Positions 25,305-37,886 of a stretch of DNA of 64,000 nt are shown here, piece by piece. The notes under the pieces were generated by a model. It did not search any database and was not told the origin of the DNA. It saw only the letters and a program-made list of their open reading frames with translations. Positions within the stretch are counted from its first letter, which is position 1. Each line of letters begins with the position of its first letter. Made by a program: the position numbers and the translations under genes. Source of the stretch: Peribolospora baueri (lineage: Eukaryota); contig JAMDHS010000028.1 in assembly GCA_029717555.1 (NCBI GenBank), forward strand, positions 1-64,000. Direction: 5' to 3'.

Positions 25305-26000
25305 CTACAACAGGAGAGCGGCGCCAGCGGCGGCAGCGAAACTGAGGAGCATGGTCTGTCCACCACCGACGGAAAGCGTCGCAGCGCCGTTCTTGTGAAC
25401 CGCCCCCTTGGCCGAAAGCGACACGACCGAGGCGGTGGGGCTCGGGCCTGTGCTGATGGAGACAAAGTCACCGTCGACGTGCCAGGAGGTGGAGTCCAAG
25501 TTGTTGTTGTCGGCCATGTTAGCATCGCTGGTGCTGATCGTCACGTCCTTGCCCGAGTTGATGATGGCGATGCCGCCCTGGACGACGGAGCCGTTGCCAT
25601 TGGTGTAGCACTTGCCGTTGATGATGTCGCCACCCACGCAGCACTGGCCGTTCACGCCGTACGTGTTGTTGGGACAGTACTGGCCCGCAGACTGGCCTCC
25701 GATGTTGACCGAGCCGGCCGAGGCGGTGGCCGTGGAGAACGCCGAGGTGGTCCGCGTGGCCGTGCCGGAGACGAGGCTGGCCGTGGCGCTCGAAATACTG
25801 GAGGCCTGCGAGGAGAGGCTGCTATGCATGCTGCTCATCTGAGTCGCCATGGACGCGCGGAAGGCGGACATGCTGCTCTCGAACGACGCAGCGTCCCATG
25901 CTCGCACTTCGGGCAAAGGAGTCGGGCGCGGAATAGCAGCGCCAAGGGCGACGCTGGCGCCGGAGACGAGGAGAAGGGCGGTGCTGGAGGCGAAACGCAT
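25305..26000 (-). CDS. Secreted Ser/Thr-rich, probably GPI-anchored cell-surface protein of unknown function
   Basis: Single exon with signal peptide MRFASSTALLLVSGASVALGA, an S/T-rich body, a small Cys cluster (YCPNNTYGVNGQCCVGGDIINGKCY) and a hydrophobic C-terminus (MLLSFAAAAGAALLL*). Confidence 0.8.
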   Translation of the reverse strand: MRFASSTALLLVSGASVALGAAIPRPTPLPEVRAWDAASFESSMSAFRASMATQMSSMHSSLSSQASSISSATASLVSGTATRTTSAFSTATASAGSVNIGGQSAGQYCPNNTYGVNGQCCVGGDIINGKCYTNGNGSVVQGGIAIINSGKDVTISTSDANMADNNNLDSTSWHVDGDFVSISTGPSPTASVVSLSAKGAVHKNGAATLSVGGGQTMLLSFAAAAGAALLL

Positions 26001-26938
26001 GGCTATTGGACCGGGAAAAAAAGAGGAGGGTAATATAGGGTAGGTGTGCTGACCGGCAGGCTGAAGAAAGCGAAGGGTAAAATTACGTAGACCAGCTACG
26101 GGAGGCAACGAAAGAGAGAAAAGTGCACAAAAAGACGTGCGTGGGGTGTCGAGAGGACAAGTGCTGGGGGGAGAAGGGGAAGATGAAGGGGAAAAGTGAA
26201 TGAGAAGGGCGAAGAGGGCGACGATCTCTTATACGCCCAGTCGATCCACTGCTCCACACACAGGTCGAAGGGCGGGCGAACGCTAGATGCCAGGACTTGG
26301 GGCGCCGACGGCGGAACTAGCAGAGTACGTTGGTGCCCATCCGCCACTCCGACCGGGACTGTGATGCGGTGGCGTAATGGAGACATGTTAATTACCACCC
26401 GCGCGCGCGGTTTGGCCACTAAGGAGGTCGTAGACCTTCCGTGCGAAAAAAGTCAGCGTCGACTTGGAATACCGTGGAAATCCATCATCACATACAGACC
26501 GCCGCCAGTCGGCCGCCTCTTGGGGAGGGAACCCGACGGCGTCCGTGGACTGTATGTGACCGTGTGGCTGAAGTGAGGCGTATGTCCCGCTCGCAAAATC
26601 TGCCGTGACCGGGCGCCAAGGACCCCGGGGCTAACGTACCGGTTGCGGGTGGAGTTGGATGGATGGCCCACCGCGAGCCCGTCCACGATCCGTGTCGAGG
26701 CGGGGTGGCGCCGACTCGGGCGGCCGGCGCCTGCCGGACTCTATTTGCCCCAGCGGAACCTCGCGTGCCACCACTCAGCGCGACACGTGCAGTGTCCCCC
26801 TCGGTGGGACGCCTGCGTGAAATGGACAGCAAGTGGTGACAGAGTGATAGCAAGCGCCCTTTGCCGGGGTTGACTATCTATAAACAGCGACGCAGTGACG
26901 GACGATCGGGACGCCGAAAAAGAACAAAAAACGAATGC

Positions 26939-28002
26939 TCATTCAGCGTCATCGCCAGTCGCGAACGGCTGCCCACCGCCGATGAAGCCATCGCCGCCGA
27001 GGCCCCAGCCCTTTTTCCACCCGGCCTTGGTCTTGCGCTTGTCGCTGATCTCCCAGAACAACGATCCGTTGTACAACTTGCGCAGGTCCTCCTTTTCGAT
27101 GCGCCCATCCTTTTGGAGCAGCAGCCACGCCGTGCCCCATTCGAAGAAGGCCGCCGTCCATCCAAAGGGGTCCATGGCACACCTGTTTCCCGCTATGACC
27201 GCAAAAAGCTCGCCAAGGCTGAGCGTGTTTCGCGAGGCCGACTTGGAGAATTTGTAGAAGACGTCTTCGAAGCTGGACGGAAGGAAGCGGCCCTCGGGAT
27301 CGAAGACGCCGGAGTCGGACCCGTGCTTGTCCTTGTGGATGGTGCTAACGTAGATGCGGAAAAATGGGTCGGGCAAGAAGGTATGGCCGAGCCTGCAAGG
27401 CAGGACAGGACGGGGCGTCTTTTCGTCATGACCACCGTCCGTCGTCGGTCGAAGAAGATACGCGTCCATCCCCTTCTTTTTACGCTCACCTCGTAGGAAG
27501 GGAGAAGCCGCCGTTGATAACGAAGACGGCGAGCAGGCTGAACAGAACGTTGAAGCCGAGCTCTCTGAACCCGGCAAAGGTGTCGAACGGCCAAATCACT
27601 CCGTCGCCGTCTCTATCCCAAAACAGGGTGTGCTGCTGCATCACGCTCTGCGAGACGACCAACAAGGGGGGCGGGGGGGGGTTGGGTGACGACATGACCC
27701 GCGGTCAGAGGGCCGTCGCCAAGACTTTTGGTTGCGCCAGACGCATTTTTTTTTTTCGCGGGGTACGTACTCACGTATTCTCGCAGCTTGTCGGAACGAG
27801 GCGTCTCCGTCTCGCCTTGAGGGTGTGACACGCTCGGAACGTCCCTCGCTCTAGCGACGAACGGCTTGGGGATGTACACATCCGTGTCCTGGCGTAACGG
27901 GCGGTCCTGCGTGAGCGGGCAACGAGGAGCCGTCGTCAAGATGGGGCCCTGGTGGGCAGTTACAGCGTTGCTGGACGGCGGGCTGGAGACGATCTCAGGC
28001 AT
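26939..28002 (-). CDS. Caleosin / peroxygenase, 3 exons
   Basis: SVMQQHTLFWDRDGDGVIWPFDT (heme His and EF-hand), a hydrophobic stretch with a proline-knot-like LPT...LPDPFFRIY, IHKDKHGSDSG, and DPFGWTAAFFEW. Confidence 0.93.
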
Positions 28003-28609
28003 GTCTAGAGGATGGACTATGAGGAAACGAGGTCTGGCTGGCGTGGAGAAGGGAGTACGTACGTACAGCAGTAGTATCAGGTCAGAGAAGTGACCAGGGA
28101 CGACGCCCTTTATGGCTTTTTATTCGCTCGTCTCCCATGAGCACGTCGAGGGTACCCGCCTTTCGGGGGGAAGCGTACGGAAACGTCCGCCGTCCGTACA
28201 GTACACCGTACAGTAAGCAGAGACGAAGATTGGTGCACGTCCATGTACGTGCATACCGGAGCGATCACGAACCCTCACGCAGGCGAGGTCACGGCACGGA
28301 TCGCTCGCGAGCACCCGACACGTCCTCCTCACGAAAAGCACATTCATTTGGAAATCGGGAGGAGGGAGGGGCCCATACAAATATAAAAAAAATGTGTTAG
28401 ACTGAGGCCGAAGGAAGGAACGAAGCGGGAATCGATCGAATTGAATCTGAAGAGCGCCATGGTTCGTGTTCCACGGCGCAATGCGCCGCATCTTTTTCCT
28501 TTCCGATCGTCTGAGACGGTCGAGCTTCTATCTAACCATTCCTGCCCTCCATTGACAAAAAAAAGGTAGACGAGGCCTCCAACGGGGCCCTGCCCAGAGG
28601 CACGTCCGC

Positions 28610-31600
28610 TCAACAGTCCGGTACGGCGACCGGGATCTTGACAGAAGTGGCCAGGCCGGAGAGACTGGTTTCCTTGTAGCGAACATGCATATCGCGAGCC
28701 GTGACACGCATCGCAGAGATCGCCTCGTCCAGGCTCACCGCATGCTGACCGTCGCCGGAGGCCAGAGCGAGTTGGGCGGCGGTGACGGCCTAGGGAGCCG
28801 CAAGACGTGGACGTGGGGAGGGGTCAACATCTCAGGGAAAGGGCACAGCGAGCGCTAGGAACGGCACGTAAACCTGGAATGACATTCACCTTGACCGCGC
28901 CGAGCGCGTTTCGCTCGATACAAGGTGCTTGAACCATGCCATCGACGGGATCGCAAGTGAGTCCTGCAGAACGCGAAGGAAGCGGACGAGCGATAAGGCG
29001 CATTCCTAAGCCGATCCACTCAACGTTCCCTGATCTACGAGAGACTCACCCAAGTTGTGCTCTATACCAATCTCAGCAGCTAAGAAGGCCATCGACGTGT
29101 CGAACGGAACGGAACAGGACGTCTCAAGACATCAGCGAATCGAAATTCAAAGGCGATGAAAAAAAAACAGCACACGACCGAGCCTGCGTCCCCGATACGC
29201 GCACGCCCTGCCGTCGCAGGTAGCTCGCGCCCTCACCTTGCTCGATGACCTCGGGCGACGCGCCCATGCAGGCAGCAAAGCCGCCGGCCGCCATGGCGCA
29301 GGCGACACCCACCTCGGCCATGCAGCCCCCTTCCGCTGCCGATATGGTGGCACCTCGTTTGAAGAGCATGCCGATGGCTGCGGAGGTGGCAGAGTGCGCG
29401 AGCGATGGAGGCGGGAGGGGGAGAACGCAAGACAGAGGATGAAGCGGACGGGAAGAACAAGAGACAAGAGGATGAAAAGGTAAGGTATCTCGCGTGCCCA
29501 GGAGAAACGAATCCTAAGCGAAAATCATCAGTACGGGGAAGGACTTACCAGCGGCAGTCAGGAGGAAGGTCTGCACGTCCCGCTCAACGTCGTCCGAGAT
29601 GAACTGCGAGCGACAAGGCGACACAAAACGGGCATATATAGAGAGAGCGCCGTTGTTCGGTCACAGACAGACAACTCTTTCCGCCTTCCAGACCCAGCGT
29701 GTCAAACGAGACTCGGGCGCACCTCGGTCACATATTTGAGCACAGCCGGGATGACGCCCGCCGCGCCGTTGGTCGGCGAAGTGACCACTCGTCCTCCAGA
29801 AGCATTGACCTCGCTGGGGACGGGCAAACGGTCAAACCCGACCACGTTCCGAGGTGAGCAGAGGGAAGAGCAGTGAAAAATGCAATCTCCCTCCCCACCC
29901 AGGAAATGACCACAGGAGGATGAAACTCACTTGACCGCTATGGCATACGTGCTCAAGAAGTTTACGAGCGGGAAGACGGTCTTGCGAGGCGGGATGGGCA
30001 GCAGAGCGTGATCGAATCTGAATTGCAGGGCGACGAGAACAAAAGAGGGGGGCGGGCTTACCGATCGGCCGGTCTTCAAGCCGACGACGCGCGCACCGTT
30101 ATCTATCTCTTCACTCACTGTCCCCTCACTCTCGGCGGTCCCATCGCCTTTCCTCCCGCCGCCGCTGAGGGCGCTCTTCCAGGAGCGAGCATAGAAGCAG
30201 AGGCGGCCGCCTTGCCGTCCACTCCGAGCGCCCTGGCCACCTGTCCCTCGGAGGTGGTCACGCTGGGCCCGATGAAGGAAGGGTAGAATCCACGGAGCAG
30301 GTTCGCGTAGAGCGAGGGGGCACGGCGCTTGAGGCGGAGGCGGCCGGGGAGGTGGGTCTCGGTCGTTTGGACGCCTGTGCGAATGCAATTGTCCATCACC
30401 TGAATGAGGACGGGGGAAGGAGGAGGGGAGATGTCCAGTCGGCAAACATATCGTTCTCGGAGAGGGTAACAAGGAGAGACTAGACTCACGCTCCAGATGC
30501 GGAAGATCTGCTCCTTGATCTCCTCGTCCGTTCGCCAGCGGCGTCTGCGTAGGGCGGGTTGGGGGAAGGAGACAAAGCAGCGGGTTGAACAATCCATACG
30601 GGACAAAGAGGGAGAGACCAGATGGTGACAAAGAGGGAGAGACGAGAACATGGTGGGATGGGACTAGTGACAGGCCAAACTCACTCGTTGTTGTAGACGA
30701 TCTGAGCGATGGTCATCTATTCGTTCGTACATGTACGCAGCGGCGCACAACGAGGGCGCATTGTCAGTCGACGCGATTTGCCGTCCAGGAGCCAAGCTTG
30801 GCCGGACGGAGGAGGCTCGACTCACATTATGTCTCCTGGTCAACGCAAGCAAGCTGGCACCGTCATGAAAGGGAAAAGGGACTCCGGGGTCGGAAGTAGA
30901 AGGAGAAGGAGAAGAAGAGGTTTGGGACGTCGACGATCCGTTCTCCTTTCCCTGCTGCGAACGCTGCAAGGAAGAAGAAGGGGAGAGCGACGTATCGTCT
31001 CGTGCCGATTGGGATTCGGATTCGGATTCGGACTCGGGTTTGGATTTGACGAGCCCCGAGCCGCCATCGCCAACGCTGGCCTGACCACCTTGTATGCGCA
31101 CGACACCGATGTCCTCGGCCCCCCCGGAGAGGAGGTGCTCATCGGCCGATCCGGAGAAGAGGGGCTCATGATGAGCCTCCCTGCGGGCAGGGTCCGCCTC
31201 GTCCTTGTTGATCTGCTTGTAGAAGAGGTTCTCCTGTCCCACCTCGGTCTCTGAATTGACGACGAACCCTCCGCCGACGGAAAACTTTTCGAACGGGATG
31301 GGACGGGCGGAAGAAGGGATGTATCAGGAAGAAGATCGCGGCGGTCCGCATCGGGGACGCCACTCACGTCTGTGTTCCGAGCGAACGAAGGATTGAGAAG
31401 ACAAGAAGAGACAAAAGCGGGGAAGATAGCTGAAATCAGCTTTATCATAGCGATCGTGCCACACTAGCTTCGGATTGGCCTGCGCGACGGGAAAATGGAA
31501 AAAAAAGAGAAACGGACAGTCGTTGGTAGCGAGCAAGTCGCCGTTGTCGTCGAAAACGCTGAAGCGCATGCCGTTGCTGTGCACAGGGAGCACTTGTCCC

Positions 31601-32557
31601 CACATCCAGAGCAGGTCCTTGTCCAAGTCGAAGCTGTAGAGGAATGCGACGTTGTAAGGCGGCGAGAGGGCACACAAGCAGATGCATGGACGACAGAATG
31701 AGCCTAGAGACGGTGCGGTGCCGGCCGGCCGACTCACTCTATCCGATGATCTCCTCCAAGCTGGAGCCACTTTTCCCTCTCCAGCTCGTCATACCTCTTT
31801 GGAATCGAATCCGTGTCCGCCGTCTCGGCGTCGCCCCCCTCTAGACCCATCACCAGGGCCTGAGGGGTCAAGTGGCCCTTGCCTGTTGCGCAGAGGCTGC
31901 CATAAAGAGCGATTTTGAGTGTCTTGACGCGGTGGAGGAGGTGGAGGGAGCGCAGGGAGGCGACAAAGATGGAGGCTGCGCGGCTGGGGCCCAGGGTGTG
32001 GGAGGAGGAGGGCCCGACTCCTTCGGCGTGGGCGGTAATGGATGGAGACGATTTGCAAGGGGAGAGGGAAAAAAGGAAGGATGATTGAGATGGGCATGGT
32101 TGGCGGGAAGGCGAAGAGGCGAAGAGCGGTGAACGCATATGGCCGCGGTTGCCTCACCGATGGAGAAGAGATCGAAGGTGCTGATCACGGCGTGTACGTC
32201 CCCCACGTCCTCGGCCGCGCTCTCCGTTTCGCTCGCCCGTCCGTTTTGTTCCCTCGCCGCTGCGGAAGGATCGTCGGCCTCTGCTGACCTCGCCCCGGCG
32301 GTGGCCCAAGCCCTCGAGTCGAGCTGCCGGTCTTGCGACTCTCCGGCGCTGCTATCGTCGACGCTGCCGTGGGACGAGGCGGAGAAGGAAGAGGAGTAGC
32401 GGGAAGGCATGAGGGTGTAGGGCGTGGCGAGGAAGGGCAGCCTGGGAGGGAGGGAGAGCAGAGCGGCCTTTGTTGCCCTTGCTCGTTGGAGACGGCGAGT
32501 CGACACGGCGTCGGCCAGTCGGACTCGCCCTGTGTGGAGGAGCGCCCTGGAAAGCAT
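28610..32557 (-). CDS. Iron-sulfur-dependent L-serine ammonia-lyase (SdaA-like, single chain), many exons
   Basis: Motifs [90 protein letters not shown] and [23 protein letters not shown], then [10 protein letters not shown]. The N-terminus ([15 protein letters not shown]...) is Arg/Ser/Leu-rich. Confidence 0.92.
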
Positions 32558-33713
32558 GAGCGACGCCGGCGCCCAAGGACGGGAGCTGAAGGTATGAAGG
32601 GGTGAAGAGATGGAAAGACTGGGTGGTGGAGAGAGGATGGGAGACGGTCCGGGTGAGAAAGGGAAGCGAGCAGCGCTGAGTCGAGAGGAACGATCGAGTG
32701 AAACATGCAAGAAGAACAAGAGCCGCTATCTCGAGCTCAGTCAAGCCTTGTTCGATACGCCTTCGACAGCCTCTCCCGACGACGCCGAATGTGTCGAGGC
32801 GATAAGGAAGGAATGCAGACAACGAGGATGGCGACGCAGGGTAGGTCGCGGAGGGGCACGTGATCGACGTCGACCTCGATCAAGGGGGTGAACGAGACGG
32901 GGTCAGGCAGAGATGGGATGGATCGGGCGGAGGAAGGAGGAGAGGCGCCACATCCGTTTATCCATCCATCCTCCATCCTTTCCTCCCTCCGTCCCTCCTT
33001 TTTCTGTCGACGACGTGCTCACGTGAAAGGGTCCGGAAGAAGAGGGGCGGCGAGCTGCGATGAGGGAGGCAGGAGGGACCAGCTGACCGCATCATCTGAT
33101 TTCGGCTAGAGAAAGAGAGGTGCGTGCGTGAATGCGAATGTGGGAGTCGCTCGACAGCATTCACGAGCGGATCAGGTCGCCCGTCGACGTCGTTCGCTCA
33201 TCGCTCATCGCTCCGTCCTTCGTTTGTGCCGGCGGCCGGCTCAGCCATCGACGAGAAGATCCCGCTCCACCCGCCGATCACCCACTCTGCTTCCTGCTAT
33301 CGCTCCTCACCTTCGTCCCAGTCCCCGTCCCCGTCCCCGTCGCACGATTCCACTCCACTTGCACCACCGGCGGAGGAGACGCTAAAAAGGGGCGGCTCAA
33401 AGGGCCGAGTGCACGCTAACGAATGAACTCGTCTGCATGCTGACTTGCTGACTTGCGGCCTTGCTTGCTGCCTGTGCCCGCCTCAGCCTCGCACGTTCCT
33501 GTCCGTCATCGAGATGATCGTCCCGTGGCAGTCGCATGTGGATACAGGATCCAGTATGCGGCCAGCGTCGCCTCCTATTAAACACCGTCCCCCTCCGCCT
33601 GGCATCCCGCATCGCATCCCTTTCTCGTCCCCCTACCCCTTCTCTCCTCGCCCAGCTTGCCCCGCTCACGCTCCTTCTCCTCCTCCTTGCTCACGAACCC
33701 GACGCACCCCGCC

Positions 33714-35161
33714 ATGGCTTCCCTCCTTCGCGCCGCCTTCTTCCTGGCCACCGCCTCCTCCCTCGCCGCTTTCCCCCTCCGCAACGCCCCGCGCCAGTCG
33801 ACCTGCAACGGCCACGCCGAGCTCTGCTCGCGCTCGTTCGCCAACGTCACCTTTGCCGGCACGCACGACAGCTATGCCTACGGCGATTTGCCCTCCGACA
33901 ACCAGCACAACTCTGTCACCCAGCAGTTGAACGACGGCATCAGGATGCTCCAGGGACAGGTCCACAAGAGCGGCTCCTCCCCCTCCGGTCTCAGCCTCTG
34001 TCACACCAACTGCTTCCTCGAGGACGGCGGCTCGCTCGAGAGTTATCTCTCCAACGTCAAGTCCTGGCTCGACGCCAACCCCAACGAGGTCATCTCCATC
34101 TTGCTCGTCAACAGCGACAACGCCTCCCCGGCCACGTTCAAGACTGTGAGCGAAACGCGGTCGATCCGAATCGCCGAGGCCGAAGGGGTACTCATCCTTC
34201 CCTCCCCTTTCCCGCGCAGGCCTACGACAACGCCTCGCTCACTTCCCTCTCCTACACCCCGCCCTCCTCCTCTCTCAGCCGGTCCGCCTGGCCGACGCTC
34301 GGACAACTCATCTCCGCCAAGACGCCGGTGGTCAACTTTCTTGCCCAGGGTGCCGATTTCAACTCTGTCCCCTTCCTCATTGACGAGTTTAGCAACGTGA
34401 GTCGGCGTAAACGGTAGACGGCGGGCGAGGGAAACAGAGTAGTCACCATGACTGTTTTTTCATCTCCCTTTTTGTACGCCCCTCGCAAACTACCTCGATA
34501 GGTTTGGGAGAACCCGTGAGCTCTCTTTGGTTTCACGCTCGTCCTTGGTCCGGTTCCGGTCTTCGGCATCCAGGCTCACTCTTTCACCCTTCGAATCGAA
34601 TTCGGACAGGTACGACCAGACGAGCGTGCCCTTCAGCTGCTCCGTCGACCGCGGCGCTCCCGCGAACGATAAGCTCTATCTTATGAACCACTTCCGAGGT
34701 GAGTCTTCGTCTTCGTCTTCGTCTCCGGAACCCTACGCGTGCAGCTTGCGTACCTTCCCATCACCCCCTCGGGACGGACCTGACGAACGTCGAACCCGCC
34801 TTGCCAGACTCCTCGATCTTCGGCATCGACGTCCCCGACACCGCCGACATCGACACCACCAACGCCGCCACCGGTTCCAGTTCGAGCGTCACCGCCGACG
34901 CGTACAACTGTGCCGCCGGCGCTGGCGCGGGGAACAACCCCACCTTTGTCCTCGTCGAGTTGAGTGTCGCCGATCCGCTCTTGGGTCTTAGTACCCTCTT
35001 CCTTTCGCTGACAACTTCTCCCACGTCGTCGCTCTTCCTTTCCCTTCCCTTCTCTCCATCTCATTTCGTCTCGTCTCCCCACACAATCCAACAGCTTCTA
35101 CGACCAGCCCTCGTCCAACGGACCCGTGGCAGCGGCGAACATCCTCAACGGCCTCGCCTGA
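33714..35161 (+). CDS. Secreted PLC-like phosphodiesterase (PI-PLC X-like TIM barrel), multi-exon
   Basis: Signal peptide followed by TCNGHAELCSRSFANVTFAGTHDSYA, QLNDGIRMLQGQVH, LCHTNC, WLDANPNEVISIL, WPTLGQLI, VWENP and PTFVLVD|FYD...ILNGLA*. Confidence 0.88.
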
Positions 35162-35825
35162 CGACTCCAACCGGACGCTCGTTCCATCCATCGGGCCCCG
35201 CTCCACTCTATATCCCTTCGCTCGCCTCCCTGTAGATGACATCACGACCCCATATGAAACGTCGTCCTCGAGCCACCCATCGTTCGTCCGCGAAGGGTTA
35301 GGCTGCTGGGTGGGAAAAAAACGCATGTCCCACCGGTCTTTCCATCCCATATCCCATCCCGTGACCACCAGCTCCTCGTAACCAACCCAAAACCCAAATC
35401 CCCAAATCCCAAAGCCCAGAGCAACAAAGCAACAAAGAAAGTCGGAATATTGCATTGCATGAACGACGCGTCGGTCGCCTCGCCCGATCTCAGATCCTTT
35501 TATTTGAATTTTTTTCTTATTTCTTCTTTCTCCCCTTTTCGTAACCCTTGGAAACGCTGGCTCCGAACTGATCGAAGCTGGCTGCGATAGGGATAGGTCG
35601 CGTGACCGCCCGCCCGCCCACCTGACATCCTGTTCTTCTCCGGTTTCTTTTAATAGAGCAAGAACGACTCTCAAAGAGATGTGCGTTTTTTTTTTTTACT
35701 TTTCTTTCACTCGGGAAATGGACGACAAGAACAAGCTCCTTCGATGCCCACGTCACCGTACGCGACTGACTCCGAGGGGCTTCGGTCGCTCGCTCGATCG
35801 CGAGCGCCTCCGGCCGGGAGCGCGG

Positions 35826-37309
35826 TCAAGCGAACAAAGCCAATGCCACCTGCTCCGCCTCGGTCTGCGCCGCCTTGGTGAGGTTGCCCGACGTGACGTC
35901 CCTCTCGAACACGACCACCGACCCGCTGTCCTGGTTACCCACCGCCAGCAGGCTCGCCTGCGGATCGGTACTCAGCGAAAAGTGCCTCGGCGTGCGACCG
36001 CCGGACTTGACGAGGCCGCGCACGCTCAACGTGGCGTTCTGGCCGTCGCGGGAGAGGACGACGATGTGGTCCTCGACGGCGTCGCCGCGCAGGCCGGCGT
36101 ACACAAACTTGCCGTCCGGCGAGACGGCCACCTCGGAGCCCGTGTAGCCCGTCGTGTTGGTGCCGTCCGTGGGGAGAATGTTGAGGCTCTGCTTGCGGTC
36201 CAGGGAGCCGTCGGCGGCGTTGAAGAGGAAGGTGTCCACCGTGGTGCCCATCTCCGTCGCCACGTAGAGATACGTCGCGTCCGAAGCCCTGTCGACGTAA
36301 AACTTCCCGTGCCGGGGGCCGCTGCCAGGGGCGAAAGTGGTGTCACCGATGGCGTGCAGGGTCTCGTTGGCCGGATCGAGCTTGAAGCCGTGGAGACGGT
36401 CCGCTCCGAGCTGAGCGGAAGGGTGAAAAGGCATAGACGAGGCCAAACGTCAGTTGGACGCGGCGCTGTTCACCCGAGGAAGCGCGACGCGCCGGGCAAG
36501 AAACAAAGAAAAAAACTCACGTCAGGGACATAGACGAATTTCCCGCTAGGGTCATCGAAGATCTCGTGAGCGTAGGATTGGTTCTACGGTTTGGAAAGGT
36601 GGGGAAATGCGGTTCGACGGAAGATCTCGTGAGCCGACCATGCGTGAAAGGGGGAGGAGGGGGGGTCGATCCCAAGTCGCCCTTGTCCGGTGACCCTTTC
36701 GCTCACCTGCCTCGCCGGGTTCGGTCCGCTTCCGTGGAACTGGAACAGCTGATACGGCTCGTCCTGCTCGACGATCTTTCCCTCGTCATCGAGCTTGAGC
36801 ACGCTCGCGCTCCCAGAGTTGTAGTTGGCCGCATAGAGCAGCTTCGCACCAGGGTAGCGGCTGACGGAGCAGTGCACGGTGCCGTTCCCGCCGGAGGGGG
36901 ACCTGTTGAGTGTCTTGATCTGTCCGGAAGGAGTGAGGGAGTGGGCGTAGACGGCGCCGGGGACGGTCTCGTCCACAGAGTAGAGGCGTGTGCCGTCTTG
37001 GCTGAGGCACGCCCACGACGGCGAGGTGCCGCTGTCGGTGACGGTCGAGGCGTTGTGGAAAGCCTTGCTCGAGGGGTCGTAAAAGATGGCGGAGAGGGCG
37101 GAGGCGTAGCCGCCAATGATGAGTCGGTGCTGGTGCGTCAAAGGCGATTGCGAAGGGAACAGAGGAAAGGCATCAGCTCTGGCGGACGGAGAGAAAGGCG
37201 GGGGAGGCCGACTCACTGCCTCTCCGCTTCCTGTAGGTTGAGCCATGGCGTCACAGGCGCAAGTCAAGCCGAGGGCGGCGAGGGTAAGGAAGGATGCCAG
37301 GCGAGGCAT
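35826..37309 (-). CDS. Secreted 7-bladed beta-propeller lactonase (6-phosphogluconolactonase/cycloisomerase-2 family)
   Basis: Signal peptide MPRLASFLTLAALGLTCA, then PSW, LYSVDE, AANYNSGS, GSGPNPARQ, HEIFDDPSGKFVYVPD|LGADR, GSGPRH, VSPDGKFVYAGLRG, GGRTPRHF and VGNQDSG. Confidence 0.9.
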
Positions 37310-37886
37310 CGTCGTTGTCGAGGAAAGGGAAGGCGAAGGGGACAGGGCGGAAAAGGAGGCGTAGGCAGGGAGGGGCGCAATCGGGTAGTCACATTTATGG
37401 GCAGCGATTAGGCGCGAGGAAAGCGGAGGAAGATGGAGACACGCGCTCGTCATTGTACCGCTTCCGCTTGCCTTGCGCTCCATCAACCCGGGCGGGCCGT
37501 GGGCCGCTGGACAAATGAGAAAGCGCACCTACTACCTACCTTGAGCCATGCTGCTGATTTGAAAGCCACAGTCTTTCGAGGCGACGGTGCGTCTTGCGCG
37601 ATGGATGGAACGGCTCGACTCGCCGGCGGCTCGACGCGTCGGAGGCGCCAGCGGGGCACCGCCCGGCCCACCGGACCGACCGGCGATCATCACGCTGGCG
37701 GGCCAAGTTATCGAAGGAAGACGGCCAGGTCGAGGACGGGCACGACACAGCGGTCTTCATTTCGTCCCCTCCGAATGCTGGCCCCCAAGCGATTGCGTCG
37801 GTCCATTCGAGAGGGATCGGGCAGCCAGCGTTCGCGCCATGGGTCACCTCGTACATACTGTACATACAAGTCTGCTGTTTGGCACC

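Noticed and set aside
3928..28002. Lipid-themed gene cluster (ERG8, SPT23/MGA2, caleosin)
   Set aside because: The genes are separated by unrelated housekeeping genes (cyclophilin, CNT, TAF6, PET8). I saw no shared motif or biosynthetic core enzyme.
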